Assembly (NCBI GenBank): GCA_964561815.1 | Contig: CAZLQT010000001.1 | Span: 20,868-56,554, forward strand | Length of the DNA: 35,687 nt | Direction: 5' to 3' | Source of the DNA: an uncultured Woeseia sp. | GTDB lineage: Bacteria > Pseudomonadota > Gammaproteobacteria > Steroidobacterales > UBA11654 | Part shown: piece after piece, positions 1 through 9,534 of the stretch | How the letters are laid out: each line of letters starts with the position of its first letter | Position numbering within the stretch: the first letter of the stretch is position 1 | Notes under the pieces: generated by a model | What the model was told of the DNA's origin: nothing | What the model saw: only the letters and a program-made list of their open reading frames with translations | The model's database searches: none | Made by a program: the position numbers and the translations under genes

Positions 1-566
1 TAACAGCTGAAGTGTGCGTTCATCATTTGCATTTCAATGATTCTAGTTACGATGATCTTCAGCAGCTTATAGTGTGTAATCCAGCTATCAAAACTGAACA
101 TGATCAAAGAGCTTTAATGGAAGCGGTTAACGGAGATCTTCTGGATATCATTGCAACTGATCATGCTCCGCATACCATTGAAGAAAAGAGCAAGGCATAC
201 CCTGATTGTCCTTCTGGCCTGCCTCTAGTTCAACATTCACTGTTATTGTTGCTTGATTTTTTTCATCAAGGAAAAATGCCTTTAGAAACTATTGTTACAA
301 AAACAAGTCACAATGTTGCAGAGGTTTATGGCCTAAAAGATCGCGGATTTATTAGAGAAGAGTATTGGGCAGACCTTGTTTTAGTTGACCTTAATGCATC
401 AACAAAAGTTACCAAGGATAATATTCTTTACGAATGTGCATGGAGCCCCTTTGAAGAACAAATCTTTAACTCTATGATTAATAAAACATTTGTTAATGGA
501 GAGTTAGTATTCAATGAGGGCCAGATTCTTTCAAAGCCCTCTGGAAGACGCTTGGAATTTGTTTAG
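1..566 (+). CDS. pyrC: dihydroorotase, C-terminal fragment (5' end outside window; frame enters at nt 3)
   Basis: The frame is open from the window edge, so the GTG at nt 12 is an ORF-calling artefact. Motifs (T)AEVCVHHL and ATDHAPHTIEEK are typical of amidohydrolase-type dihydroorotases. Confidence 0.75.
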   Translation, partial: TAEVCVHHLHFNDSSYDDLQQLIVCNPAIKTEHDQRALMEAVNGDLLDIIATDHAPHTIEEKSKAYPDCPSGLPLVQHSLLLLLDFFHQGKMPLETIVTKTSHNVAEVYGLKDRGFIREEYWADLVLVDLNASTKVTKDNILYECAWSPFEEQIFNSMINKTFVNGELVFNEGQILSKPSGRRLEFV

Positions 567-739
567 AAAAAATATCGCCTGCTTAGGTGCAAAATACGTT
601 TTTTTTCCTATCAGGATATGTTAATTTTCCCCTGTAAACCTTTTTGGGTTGTGAGATAAAAAGAAACTGAAAACTTTTATAGTTAAATTTTCATATATAT
701 TCAACGTTTTATAACTAAGCGTCAGGCACCTCTACCATC

Positions 740-2548
740 ATGCAACCTACCAACACCAAAGATCCACAATACTATCATAAGGTCGTTGATTGCCAATGGG
801 GTTGCCCGGCACATACTGATGTTCCTGGTTATATAAGGCATATAGCTCAAGGTGAGTATACTCAGGCTTATTTACTCAACAGAGAATCAAATGTATTTCC
901 AGGTATTCTAGGACGAGTTTGTGACCGGCCTTGCGAGCCAGTTTGTAGAAGAGTCAGGGTTGAAGAAGAACCAGTTGCAATATGTCGTTTAAAAAGAGTT
1001 GCTGGGGATTTAAAGGCTGATTTTAAAGAACACTTACCAACAATACCTAAAGAAAAGAACGGAAAGAAGGTTGCTTTAATTGGCGCAGGTTGTGCCTCGC
1101 TAACTGTAGCCAACGATCTTTTGCCGCTTGGTTACGAGATAGATATTTTTGAATCCCTGCCAGAAATGGGCGGGTTAATTAGAAGTAACATCCCTAAATT
1201 TAGGTTACCGCCTGAAGTTATAGATGAAGAATTTGATGTAATTGTCGAGCAGGGCGCAAACCTTCACTTAAACCATCCTATTGAGAGCATGAAAGAATTA
1301 TTGGCAGAGGATTACGATGCAATTTTTGTTGGCACTGGTGCTCCAAAGGGAAGAGAGCTGGATCTTCCAGGAAGATACGAGACGGATCAAATTTTTGTAG
1401 GTATTGCTTGGCTTGAGTCTGTTGCATTTGAACACATTGAGTCTGTGGGTGAACGAGTGCTTATAATCGGTGGTGGAAATACCGCAATGGATTGTTGCAG
1501 AACTTCACTTAGACTTGGCGGTAAAGAGGTGAAGGTTTTATACCGAGGCACAAGAGATAGGATGAAATCTTCAGATTGGGAATTAGAGCCAGCTTTAGAA
1601 GAAGATGTTGAATTGGTCTTAAATCATTCTCCCGAAGAATACATCGTAGAAGAAGGAAAATTGGTTGGAATGAAATTCGCTGTTCTTGAATGGGATAAAG
1701 ACAAGAATGGTAAATTAAAATCAACCAAAGTGGATGAGGTAATCATCCCATGCGACACAGTTATTCTAGCTATTGGCCAGGAAAATTCATTTCCATGGGT
1801 TGAGCGAGATATTGGATTAGATTTTGATGAATGGGAAGTTCCACATGTTGATCCTGTTACATACGAATCCACATTATCCGGAGTGTTTTTTGGAGGAGAT
1901 TCAGCCTTTGGGCCAAAAAATATAATCGAAGCTGTTGAGCATGGACACCAGGCTGCTATTTCAATTCACAAATATTGTCACAACGAATCTCTTACTGATC
2001 GACTTCCTTATGGAATGAATCTAGTTACTGCAAAAATGGGTTTACACGAATGGACTTACAGTAACGACTATGACTATGAGAATCGATTTGAAGTTCCAAC
2101 AGTCCCTATGGAGAAGAGATTTAAAGATATTAATATTGAAGTGGAGTTGGGCTACGAACCTGGGCAGTTTAAAAAAGAGGTCGAACGATGTTTGAATTGT
2201 GATATACAAACTGACTTTGTTGCTGATCTTTGTATAGAGTGCGATGCCTGCATTGATGTCTGCCCTGTAAATTGCCTTATGATCGCCGAAAATGCCGAAG
2301 AGTCTGAATTAAGGGAATCCATAAAAACACCAGCTAATAATCCAGAGCAAGCACTCTTTGTTTCTGAAGATTTGCCACAAACTAAAAGGGTTATGGTCAA
2401 AGACGAGGATGTTTGCATTCACTGTGGACTGTGCGCTGAACGCTGTCCGACTGCAGCATGGGATATGAAGAAATTTACCTTGCAGATCCCCTATGCCATG
2501 GATGAGGATAAATCGAGTCAAGCTATTAAAACTAAGAAAGCAGTGTAA
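740..2548 (+). CDS. GltD-like NAD(P)H-dependent flavoprotein fused to a 2x[4Fe-4S] ferredoxin domain (KorC-like partner of the downstream 2-oxoacid oxidoreductase)
   Basis: The N-terminal Cys cluster (CQWGCPAH...GRVCDRPCEPVCRR) matches the glutamate synthase small-subunit Fe-S region. There are two dinucleotide-binding motifs (VALIGAGCASL; VLIIGGGNTAMDCCRTSLRLG). The C-terminus carries two CxxCxxCxxxCP motifs (CIECDACIDVCP, CIHCGLCAERCP). Its stop overlaps the korA start as TAATG at 2546-2550. Confidence 0.8.
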   Translation: MQPTNTKDPQYYHKVVDCQWGCPAHTDVPGYIRHIAQGEYTQAYLLNRESNVFPGILGRVCDRPCEPVCRRVRVEEEPVAICRLKRVAGDLKADFKEHLPTIPKEKNGKKVALIGAGCASLTVANDLLPLGYEIDIFESLPEMGGLIRSNIPKFRLPPEVIDEEFDVIVEQGANLHLNHPIESMKELLAEDYDAIFVGTGAPKGRELDLPGRYETDQIFVGIAWLESVAFEHIESVGERVLIIGGGNTAMDCCRTSLRLGGKEVKVLYRGTRDRMKSSDWELEPALEEDVELVLNHSPEEYIVEEGKLVGMKFAVLEWDKDKNGKLKSTKVDEVIIPCDTVILAIGQENSFPWVERDIGLDFDEWEVPHVDPVTYESTLSGVFFGGDSAFGPKNIIEAVEHGHQAAISIHKYCHNESLTDRLPYGMNLVTAKMGLHEWTYSNDYDYENRFEVPTVPMEKRFKDINIEVELGYEPGQFKKEVERCLNCDIQTDFVADLCIECDACIDVCPVNCLMIAENAEESELRESIKTPANNPEQALFVSEDLPQTKRVMVKDEDVCIHCGLCAERCPTAAWDMKKFTLQIPYAMDEDKSSQAIKTKKAV

Positions 2549-4356
2549 TGAATAAAGTCAGTGATAATAATTTCACAGTGAAATTTGCCAATGTTAACGG
2601 CACAGGTTCCTCCAGTGCTAATGGCATGTTCATGAAAAGTATTTTCAGAATGGGGATACCTGTTGTTGGGAAAAACTATTTTCCTTCAAATATCCAGGGT
2701 CTGCCCACTTGGTATGAAGTTAGGGTAAGTGATAAAGGTTACCTAGCTCCTTCGGGAAGTGTGGATATTATGATTGCGATGAATGCACAAACCTATCAAG
2801 AAGATTTGGCGATAGTAGAGCCAGGCGGTTATCTTATTTATGATTCATCTCGGCCCAGAGAGGATCTGATGACAAGAACTGATATCACTGTCCTAGGTGT
2901 TCCACTTGCAAACATGTGCAATGAAAAATTTGATACAGCTAGAGCTAGGACCTTAATGAAGAATACTGCCTATGTCGGAGTTTTAGCTGCGTTACTGGAT
3001 ATGGATACTAAAGTTATCGAACAATTGCTATTGGATACATTTGGCGATAAAAAACACCTAATTGATGCCAATAAAACAGCTCTTGATATGGGCTTTAATT
3101 ATGCAAAAGAAAATTTTAAATGCCCGTTGCCTTTTAGAGCTAAACCATTAAAGAAGACTGATGGTTATATTATGATTGATGGGAATGCAACTGCTGCTCT
3201 AGGTTGTGTCTTTGCTGGTGCAACTGTAGGTTCTTGGTACCCGATTACTCCCTCTACATCTCTAATGGATGCATTTAGTAGCTATTGCTCTTTTTACAGA
3301 AAAGATAAGAAAACAGGAAAAAATAATTACTCCATTATTCAAGCTGAAGATGAATTAGCGGCAGTTGGAATGGCCCTCGGGGCAGGATGGAATGGAGCTA
3401 GATCATTTACTCCTACCAGCGGACCAGGCATTTCTTTGATGAGTGAGTTTATAGGCTTTGGTTATTACGCTGAGATTCCTACGGTGATTTTTGATGTTCA
3501 AAGAACAGGTCCTTCGACAGGAATGCCTACCCGGACACAACAAGGAGATATATCTTTGTGTGCTTATGCTTCTCATGGTGATACTAGGCATGTGTGTCTT
3601 TATCCAGCAAATCCTGAAGAGGCGTTCTATCTTTCAGTTGAAGCATTTGATCTTGCTGAAAAACTTCAAACGCCTGTTTTTGTTCTAAGCGATCTTGATA
3701 TAGGTATGAACGATTGGATGATTAAGGATCTGCAATGGGACGACAAATTTAAACCGGACCGAGGTAAGGTCCTGTCTTCAGAAGAGTTAGAAGAGATGGA
3801 AAATTATTATCGTTATTTAGATGTCGACGAAGATGGCATTCCTTATCGAACCCTACCCGGCACCAATCCTAAGGGTTCATATTTTACAAGGGGATCTGGG
3901 CATAATAGGTTCGGTGGCTACACCGAGGATGCTTCAGAGTACCAAGATGTTGTCGACCGCCTATTAGTTAAATGGGAAACAGCAAAGAATCTCGTACCAA
4001 AGCCTGCAGTTTCATTTTCTAAGAACAATGAAATTGGAATTATTAGTATTGGCAGTTGTGATGATGCTATTCGTGAAGCTAGAGATATTATGAAAAAGCA
4101 AGGCCAAAAAATGAATTATCTGAGAGTCAAAGCTTTTCCGTTTACCAAAGAGGTCCAAAAATTTTTAGACGCCCATAAAAGGATATTTGTTATTGAGCAG
4201 AATCGTGATGGACAGTTAGCAAAATTATTAATCTCTGAGACTGGGGTTGAGTCCAAAAAAATCAAATCTATCAGGCTCTATAATGGGATACCAATATTTC
4301 CAAAAGACGTGGTGGAAAAAATTCAGTCAGAACTCAATGCAGGGAAAGCAGCATGA
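2548..4356 (+). CDS. korA: 2-oxoacid:acceptor (ferredoxin) oxidoreductase, alpha subunit with fused N-terminal gamma-like domain
   Basis: It is 602 aa with KorA-type architecture and the pyrimidine-binding domain region (YPITPSTS...AEDELAAVGMALGAGWNGARSFTPTSGPGISLM). It is translationally coupled on both sides (TAATG at 2546-2550; ATGA at 4353-4356). Confidence 0.85.
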   Translation: MNKVSDNNFTVKFANVNGTGSSSANGMFMKSIFRMGIPVVGKNYFPSNIQGLPTWYEVRVSDKGYLAPSGSVDIMIAMNAQTYQEDLAIVEPGGYLIYDSSRPREDLMTRTDITVLGVPLANMCNEKFDTARARTLMKNTAYVGVLAALLDMDTKVIEQLLLDTFGDKKHLIDANKTALDMGFNYAKENFKCPLPFRAKPLKKTDGYIMIDGNATAALGCVFAGATVGSWYPITPSTSLMDAFSSYCSFYRKDKKTGKNNYSIIQAEDELAAVGMALGAGWNGARSFTPTSGPGISLMSEFIGFGYYAEIPTVIFDVQRTGPSTGMPTRTQQGDISLCAYASHGDTRHVCLYPANPEEAFYLSVEAFDLAEKLQTPVFVLSDLDIGMNDWMIKDLQWDDKFKPDRGKVLSSEELEEMENYYRYLDVDEDGIPYRTLPGTNPKGSYFTRGSGHNRFGGYTEDASEYQDVVDRLLVKWETAKNLVPKPAVSFSKNNEIGIISIGSCDDAIREARDIMKKQGQKMNYLRVKAFPFTKEVQKFLDAHKRIFVIEQNRDGQLAKLLISETGVESKKIKSIRLYNGIPIFPKDVVEKIQSELNAGKAA

Positions 4357-5408
4357 GCTATATAAAGAAACCGAAGATAATAAGAGATAATGATCCTAGG
4401 AATAAGCTTGGAATGACTTTTGATGATTATGAGGGTGTTATGTCGACTCTCTGTGCAGGTTGTGGTCATGATTCTATTACAGGTGCGATTATTCAAACGG
4501 TTTTCGATTTAAATATTGAACCTCACAGAATGATAAAATTAAGCGGCATTGGTTGTTCGTCAAAAACACCTGCTTATTTTGCTAGTCAATCCCATGGTTT
4601 CAATTCTGTTCATGGACGCATGCCATCTGTAGCCACTGGGGCTAATGCAGCTAACAGTGAACTGCTTTGCATAGGTGTTTCAGGTGATGGAGACACACTT
4701 TCGATTGGAATGGGACAGTTCTCGCATGCCATTAGAAGAAATCTTAATATGCTTTATATTATTGAAAACAATGGTGTCTATGGGTTAACGAAGGGCCAGT
4801 TTTCTGCCTCTGCAGATGTTGGCTCAACAGCCAAAAAAGGAAGAGCGAATCTGCAGACTCCCATTGACCCTTGTTCAGTGGCAATTACTTTAGGGGCGAC
4901 GTTTGTTGCTAGAAGTTTCTCAGGAGATAAGGATCAATTGATTCCATTGCTAAAGGCGGGATTAATGCATCGGGGATTTGCAATGATTGATGTTATTTCA
5001 CCATGCGTAACATTCAATGACCATGAAGGTTCAACAAAAAGCTACATGAGCACTAGAGAGACGAAACGGGAGGCTGTCTATACAGACTACATAGCTCCAT
5101 TCTCAGAAATCGAAGTTCAATATGAAGAAGGCTCAAGTATAGAAGTAGATCTCCATGAGGGCGGCAAGGTTCATTTACGAAAGACAGATGCTAACTTCAG
5201 CCCTCTGGATAGAAGTCAGTCAATTAATGGCATTAAAGAAGCCTCTGACAAAGGAGAAATATTAACAGGACTTTTGTATATCGATGAATCTCAGCCGGAT
5301 TTCACAGAAGTTGAAAATACAATTGATGGGGCTTTAAACTCAGTCAGTTACGATGATTTATGCCCAGGCTCTAAGGCACTCAATAAGTTACTTGATAATT
5401 ATAAATAG
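4353..5408 (+). CDS. korB: 2-oxoacid:acceptor (ferredoxin) oxidoreductase, beta (TPP-binding) subunit
   Basis: The TPP motif is GVSGDGDTLSIGMGQFSHAIRRNLNMLYIIENNGVYGLTKGQ. Candidate Fe-S ligand cysteines are LCAGCGHD, GIGCSS and SPCVTFN. The ATGA start/stop overlap with korA supports coupling. Confidence 0.88.
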   Translation: MSYIKKPKIIRDNDPRNKLGMTFDDYEGVMSTLCAGCGHDSITGAIIQTVFDLNIEPHRMIKLSGIGCSSKTPAYFASQSHGFNSVHGRMPSVATGANAANSELLCIGVSGDGDTLSIGMGQFSHAIRRNLNMLYIIENNGVYGLTKGQFSASADVGSTAKKGRANLQTPIDPCSVAITLGATFVARSFSGDKDQLIPLLKAGLMHRGFAMIDVISPCVTFNDHEGSTKSYMSTRETKREAVYTDYIAPFSEIEVQYEEGSSIEVDLHEGGKVHLRKTDANFSPLDRSQSINGIKEASDKGEILTGLLYIDESQPDFTEVENTIDGALNSVSYDDLCPGSKALNKLLDNYK

Positions 5409-5416
5409 ACAGTGAC

Positions 5417-6865
5417 TTGATGCTCAGTAGCTTTATTAATAGAAACACATCCCGACTCCTATTATTTTTCTCCTGTTTGTTTCTCACTCTTCCCATTTAC
5501 GGCCAACGAACCTTACCCGAAGAGATTGAATTATTAGCCAACAAGCACAATATTCCAATTGATAGCCTCAGCATTATTCTGCAACCGCTCAATTCGGACA
5601 CCAGACTCATAAACCTCAATGCAGAGGTATATCGAACTCCAGCTTCAGTTTCAAAACTATTTACGGCATTTGTGGCAATGGATCATTTAGGTCCGGATTA
5701 TCATTGGACCACAGAAGTATTTAGCACAGACAGTGTTAACGATGGGGCGGTGGATTCATTGATTTTTAAAGGCGGCGGTGATCCGTATATAACCATAGAG
5801 CGTTTAGACACTATGGTTCTAGCCTTGAGAAACTTAGGAATAACAAGCATTAATGACGGACTTATTGTTGAGCAGAATTTTTTTAAGCAACCTCAAGCAT
5901 CGACGGCAGATTTTGATGATGATCCACTGCGTCCATACAATATTATGCACACCTCATTGTTGATTAATTCCAACAAAATCGATTTTAAAATTAAGAAATA
6001 TTCAAACAACACCATCAAGATTGACCCAGATTTTTTACCTGACGGAGTATTGTTTAGAAACGAATTAGAATTCGGACCAGGTTCATGCAGTCAGCTCAGA
6101 GACAAGGTTCAATTTACCCAGATACTTGAGGGACAATATCCGCCTTATATTGTTCTCCTTGTTGACGGCTACTACCCAAAAAATTGTTTTGAGTTTGAAC
6201 ACGACCTTTCTTTAACTGATGCAAATCATTACTTTTTTGGGGCCTTTAAAAATCTCTGGTTGAAATCGGGCGGTTCATTCAATGGTTACATCAGGGAAGC
6301 AAAAGTTCCTTTGTTAAAAAGGCCCATAATGACTTTTGATTCACCGAGTCTTGATGAGGTTATTATTGAAGGTGTTAAGGAGAGCGATAACTTGATTGCT
6401 CGTAATTTATTTTTAAGCTTGAATCAATCAGGCGACAAGAACTATAAAGCCTCTAGAAGAATTATGAGAAAAGTTCTAAACAGTAATGATGTATCAATGA
6501 CCTACAATACTTTTTTTGAAAATGGATCCGGACTTTCAAGGAAAACAAAAGTAAAACCAGAAACGATATTAAGTTTACTGATGGCAATAAGAAAACATTC
6601 TTCATCAGATAGATTGATAAATTCCTTGCCAATCTCTGGTATAGACGGAACGATCGAGAAGCGATATAAAACTGATTTATTGACAGGGAGGCTTAAGCTT
6701 AAAACAGGCACCCTGGACGGAGTTAGTGGTTTAGCGGGTTTTATTACTGGGTTGTCTGGGAGAGAGTACGCTTTTGTTTTTCTTCATAACGATATTCCAG
6801 ATCACCCTTATAAGATTTCACCCTTTAGAGAAGCTCTTCTCAATTTGGTGGTCAGCGATATTTAG
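5417..6865 (+). CDS. dacB: D-alanyl-D-alanine carboxypeptidase/endopeptidase, PBP4 family (peptidase S13)
   Basis: It has a signal peptide. SxxK (SVSK), SxN (SDN in KESDNLIARN) and KTG (KLKTGTLDG) occur at PBP4-like spacing. The TTG at 5417 is immediately followed by ATG at 5420, which is the likelier start. Confidence 0.85.
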   Translation: MMLSSFINRNTSRLLLFFSCLFLTLPIYGQRTLPEEIELLANKHNIPIDSLSIILQPLNSDTRLINLNAEVYRTPASVSKLFTAFVAMDHLGPDYHWTTEVFSTDSVNDGAVDSLIFKGGGDPYITIERLDTMVLALRNLGITSINDGLIVEQNFFKQPQASTADFDDDPLRPYNIMHTSLLINSNKIDFKIKKYSNNTIKIDPDFLPDGVLFRNELEFGPGSCSQLRDKVQFTQILEGQYPPYIVLLVDGYYPKNCFEFEHDLSLTDANHYFFGAFKNLWLKSGGSFNGYIREAKVPLLKRPIMTFDSPSLDEVIIEGVKESDNLIARNLFLSLNQSGDKNYKASRRIMRKVLNSNDVSMTYNTFFENGSGLSRKTKVKPETILSLLMAIRKHSSSDRLINSLPISGIDGTIEKRYKTDLLTGRLKLKTGTLDGVSGLAGFITGLSGREYAFVFLHNDIPDHPYKISPFREALLNLVVSDI

Positions 6866-7446
6866 TTGACCATTCTTTTATTGCTAATTCTAAGGCGCCA
6901 TATTATGAGTACGGTCATTAAAATAGTGTCTATCACAGCTTCATAGCCAATTACTTTCTCTTGCCAGAAAAAATGCCAGATACCCAAGACCGCTGCTGTA
7001 TAGACTAAACCACTCATTGTTGATCTGTTTTTATTAAACCAATCTTGAAACGAATTAAACGAAGCTAAGCCAACTGCGAATAAACAGAGAAATCCTGCCC
7101 ATCCGACAATCAGATAGGGGGTTTCAATGATATCGATTATAATCACTCCAAAATCACCTGCTTGATCAATAATGGCATAGCAAAGGAAATGGTTTAAGAC
7201 ATAAAAGAAAGCCACCAGACCAATTGGTTTTGGTAATTTTTTGAAGATTTCAAATTTAGAATAGTGATAAATAGGCGTAATTAATAAAGTGAAAATTAGA
7301 AACCTGATGCCCCATAGACCCGTCTCATGAATTATAGCCTCCACAGGATTTGCACCCAGCCCACCAAAGAAACCAAATGCTTTAAAATTTAGCAATACAT
7401 AAGGCAGAAAACTTACCGATAGAATGAGTCGAGTTAACATCTGCAT
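6862..7446 (-). CDS. msrQ: protein-methionine-sulfoxide reductase heme-binding membrane subunit
   Basis: It is a polytopic membrane protein of YedZ size, with the ANPVEAIIHETGLWGIRFLIFTLLITP region. It lies 17 nt downstream of msrP. The second ATG (7440) has better spacing from an AAAGG Shine-Dalgarno (SD) sequence. Confidence 0.8.
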   Translation of the reverse strand: MQMLTRLILSVSFLPYVLLNFKAFGFFGGLGANPVEAIIHETGLWGIRFLIFTLLITPIYHYSKFEIFKKLPKPIGLVAFFYVLNHFLCYAIIDQAGDFGVIIIDIIETPYLIVGWAGFLCLFAVGLASFNSFQDWFNKNRSTMSGLVYTAAVLGIWHFFWQEKVIGYEAVIDTILMTVLIIWRLRISNKRMVN

Positions 7447-7463
7447 CCTTTGATAGTAATTGA

Positions 7464-8426
7464 TCAGAAATTACGTCTAAGATTTAAGCCAGCGTATAGA
7501 TTTTCGACTTCTTCTGCATAACCATTGAACATGAGTGTGGGTTGTTTGGTCCCGAAAAAACCTGAGCCTATTCTTCTTTCTCTAGCTTGACTCCATCTTG
7601 GGTGATCGACACTTGGATTAACATTAGCTAGAAAGCCATATTCATTTGGAGCTGAGATATTCCAACTGGTTGGCGGTTGATTTGATTGAAAATGAATCTT
7701 ATTAATTGACTTGATGCTTTTGAAACCGTATTTCCAAGGGACCACCAAACGCATAGGAGCACCGTTTTGATTTAAGAGTTCTTTCCCATATAAACCAACA
7801 GCAATAATTGTTAATGGATGCATTGCTTCTTCTATAGTCAGTCCTTCGATATAAGGCCAGTCTAAAACTGGCCATCTTTGGCCTGGCATTTGTTTGGGCC
7901 TGTAAACAGTCTCAAAAGCAACGTATTTTGCATCCAATCTTGGCTCTAATTTTTTGATGATGTTAGCGAGCGGTATACCGACCCAGGGAATAACCATAGA
8001 CCAAGCTTCAACACATCTTAGTCGATATATTCTCTCTTCTAGAGCATTGAAATCAATTAGATCATCAAGATCAAAAACGCCTGTCTTTTTAGCTTTTCCG
8101 CTGACTTTTACTGTCCATGGCTTAGGTTCAAATTGACCGCTGTTATTAAAGGGATCAGTTTTTTGCATGCCAAACTCATAAAAATTATTATAGGTTGTTA
8201 TGTCTTCATAGCTGTTCATTGTTTCGTTAGTTGAGTATTTTGAGTTATTGAGAAATTGTAAATTAGACTCGTCAGCTATCAGACGATTTACCGGTAAAAT
8301 AGTTGCTGTTAATCCAGTGCTTAATACGCCTAGAGTTTTTAGGATAGAGCGACGATTATGATAGATAGATTCAGGAGTAATCTCACTTGACTTAATCTTT
8401 TTATTTGATTTTATTTTTGCTTGCAT
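7464..8426 (-). CDS. msrP: protein-methionine-sulfoxide reductase catalytic (molybdopterin) subunit
   Basis: It has a Tat-type signal ([10 protein letters not shown]), the YNNFYEFG motif and sulfite-oxidase-family length, and it pairs with msrQ. An AAGG SD lies 7 nt upstream of the ATG. Confidence 0.88.
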   Translation of the reverse strand: MQAKIKSNKKIKSSEITPESIYHNRRSILKTLGVLSTGLTATILPVNRLIADESNLQFLNNSKYSTNETMNSYEDITTYNNFYEFGMQKTDPFNNSGQFEPKPWTVKVSGKAKKTGVFDLDDLIDFNALEERIYRLRCVEAWSMVIPWVGIPLANIIKKLEPRLDAKYVAFETVYRPKQMPGQRWPVLDWPYIEGLTIEEAMHPLTIIAVGLYGKELLNQNGAPMRLVVPWKYGFKSIKSINKIHFQSNQPPTSWNISAPNEYGFLANVNPSVDHPRWSQARERRIGSGFFGTKQPTLMFNGYAEEVENLYAGLNLRRNF

Positions 8427-8446
8427 CCGAATACCTTGAAGAATAT

Positions 8447-8464
8447 ATCCGTATCTTAACGGAT
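8447..8464. promoter_or_regulatory. perfect inverted repeat ATCCGT-N6-ACGGAT in the msrP / binding-protein divergent spacer (candidate operator)
   Basis: Read directly: ATCCGT is 8447-8452, the spacer atctta is 8453-8458 and ACGGAT is 8459-8464. It lies 21 nt from the msrP start codon. Confidence 0.3.
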
Positions 8465-8498
8465 TCCTAGATAGACGCCAACCTAGTCAAATGAGACA

Positions 8499-9524
8499 AT
8501 GTCTCTCTTACCGAGGCTAACTATGAAATACAAACCACTCTTTTTCATCTTAATCGTTCTTTTAGGAGGATGCGATGGAGGCAATCAAGAGGTGCCACTA
8601 TCAATGACAGTTGGTGGGACAGGTATACCAAATACTGTTGGAGAGCAGCATTTCAAGGATTTTGAACAAGCCGTTAATCTTGGTATGCCTGAGATGGAGA
8701 CTAAACTCTTAGTCTACGGTCAACTTGGATCGGAGGAAAACATTGTTTCAGGCCTAAGAAGAAATCGAGTTCAATTTGCGAATCTTTCAGCCATTATTGT
8801 TTCAACATTGGTGCCCGAGGCAGCATTGCTCTATGCACCTTATCTGTTTGATTCTGCAGAAGAGGCTGATTTTATTTATGATAATTATTTGACCTCTATT
8901 TTTACTGATTTATTGGCAGAGAAGAATCTGCAATTTATTGCCTGGAGTGAAATAGGGTTCCACAATGTCTATGCAAAAGAGCCAATACTAATTCCACAGG
9001 AAGCAACAGGAAAACGCTACAGAGTTTCCGCAAGCTTAAGTTCACGATATTTTGCAGAAGCAATAGGTGCTGATCTGATTCCTATGGGGTATGGAGAAAT
9101 AGTACAATCACTGCAAACAGATTTGATAGAAGCAGGAGATAATTCAGTGGCTCTTTATGTAAAAACAGGAAAAGAACAAGAGGCTCCTCATTACACCTTA
9201 ACTCAGCATTCCTTAGGAATGTCGATTATGGTGGCCAGAAAAGAATGGTGGGATGATCTCAATGCTGAGCAACAAGAAATCATTAGATCTGCATGGCCAG
9301 CAGCAACTGAATCAAGACGTTCATTAAGAGCAGAGGCTGATGAGGATTTATCGAATGCTGAGAAAATGGGCATCGTTGTTTATGAGTTAAATCAAGAACA
9401 GCGGCAATTATGGAAAGACGCTACCCAAGGTCAAGTTGAACGATTGGCTAATCAGATTGGCGGACGATCAAACGAATTACTTGAATTAATTAACGCCGGA
9501 AAAAAAGAATTTAAAGCTCGCTGA
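8499..9524 (+). CDS. DctP-family (TRAP-type) periplasmic solute-binding lipoprotein
   Basis: The overall pattern is DctP-like (YGQLGSEENIVSGLRRNRVQFANLS; GKRYRVSAS; GYGEIVQSLQTDLIEAGDNS). The lipobox is LLGGC. ATG 8523 (MKYKPLFF..) is preceded by a GAGG SD and may be the true start. Confidence 0.75.
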   Translation: MSLLPRLTMKYKPLFFILIVLLGGCDGGNQEVPLSMTVGGTGIPNTVGEQHFKDFEQAVNLGMPEMETKLLVYGQLGSEENIVSGLRRNRVQFANLSAIIVSTLVPEAALLYAPYLFDSAEEADFIYDNYLTSIFTDLLAEKNLQFIAWSEIGFHNVYAKEPILIPQEATGKRYRVSASLSSRYFAEAIGADLIPMGYGEIVQSLQTDLIEAGDNSVALYVKTGKEQEAPHYTLTQHSLGMSIMVARKEWWDDLNAEQQEIIRSAWPAATESRRSLRAEADEDLSNAEKMGIVVYELNQEQRQLWKDATQGQVERLANQIGGRSNELLELINAGKKEFKAR

Positions 9525-9534
9525 GCTCATAGAG

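Noticed and set aside
567-625. A possible intrinsic terminator after pyrC (GCCTGCTTAGGT followed later by a T8 run at ~600-607).
   Set aside because: The stem would be only about 4 bp including a G-U pair, and it is separated from the T-run by about 12 nt, so it is not a convincing hairpin-plus-U-tract.
868-2521. Five minus-strand ORFs (868..1113, 1509..1724, 1624..1872, 2152..2418, 2309..2521) inside the GltD-like gene. Similar internal or antisense ORFs occur elsewhere (3403..3591, 3491..3688, 6502..6711, 7954..8136, 9645..9842, 15498..15680, 16119..16382, 16629..16847, 17053..17370, 19041..19238, 19353..19538, 20402..20653, 20846..21040, 21110..21292, 26875..27075, 28143..28334, 30845..31129, 31421..31660, 31996..32181, 34080..34295).
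   Set aside because: Each lies wholly or almost wholly within a longer ORF that has clear family motifs. Their translations are low-complexity or Ser/Leu/Arg-rich, as expected of shadow frames, and none has a start context or recognisable domain.
8499-8522. The eight-codon N-terminal extension (MSLLPRLT) of the binding protein.
   Set aside because: It is probably not translated. ATG 8523 has a GAGG SD at proper spacing and gives a canonical lipoprotein signal (MKYKPLFFILIVLLGGC). I kept the ORF-track coordinate in the feature table but flagged the alternative start.
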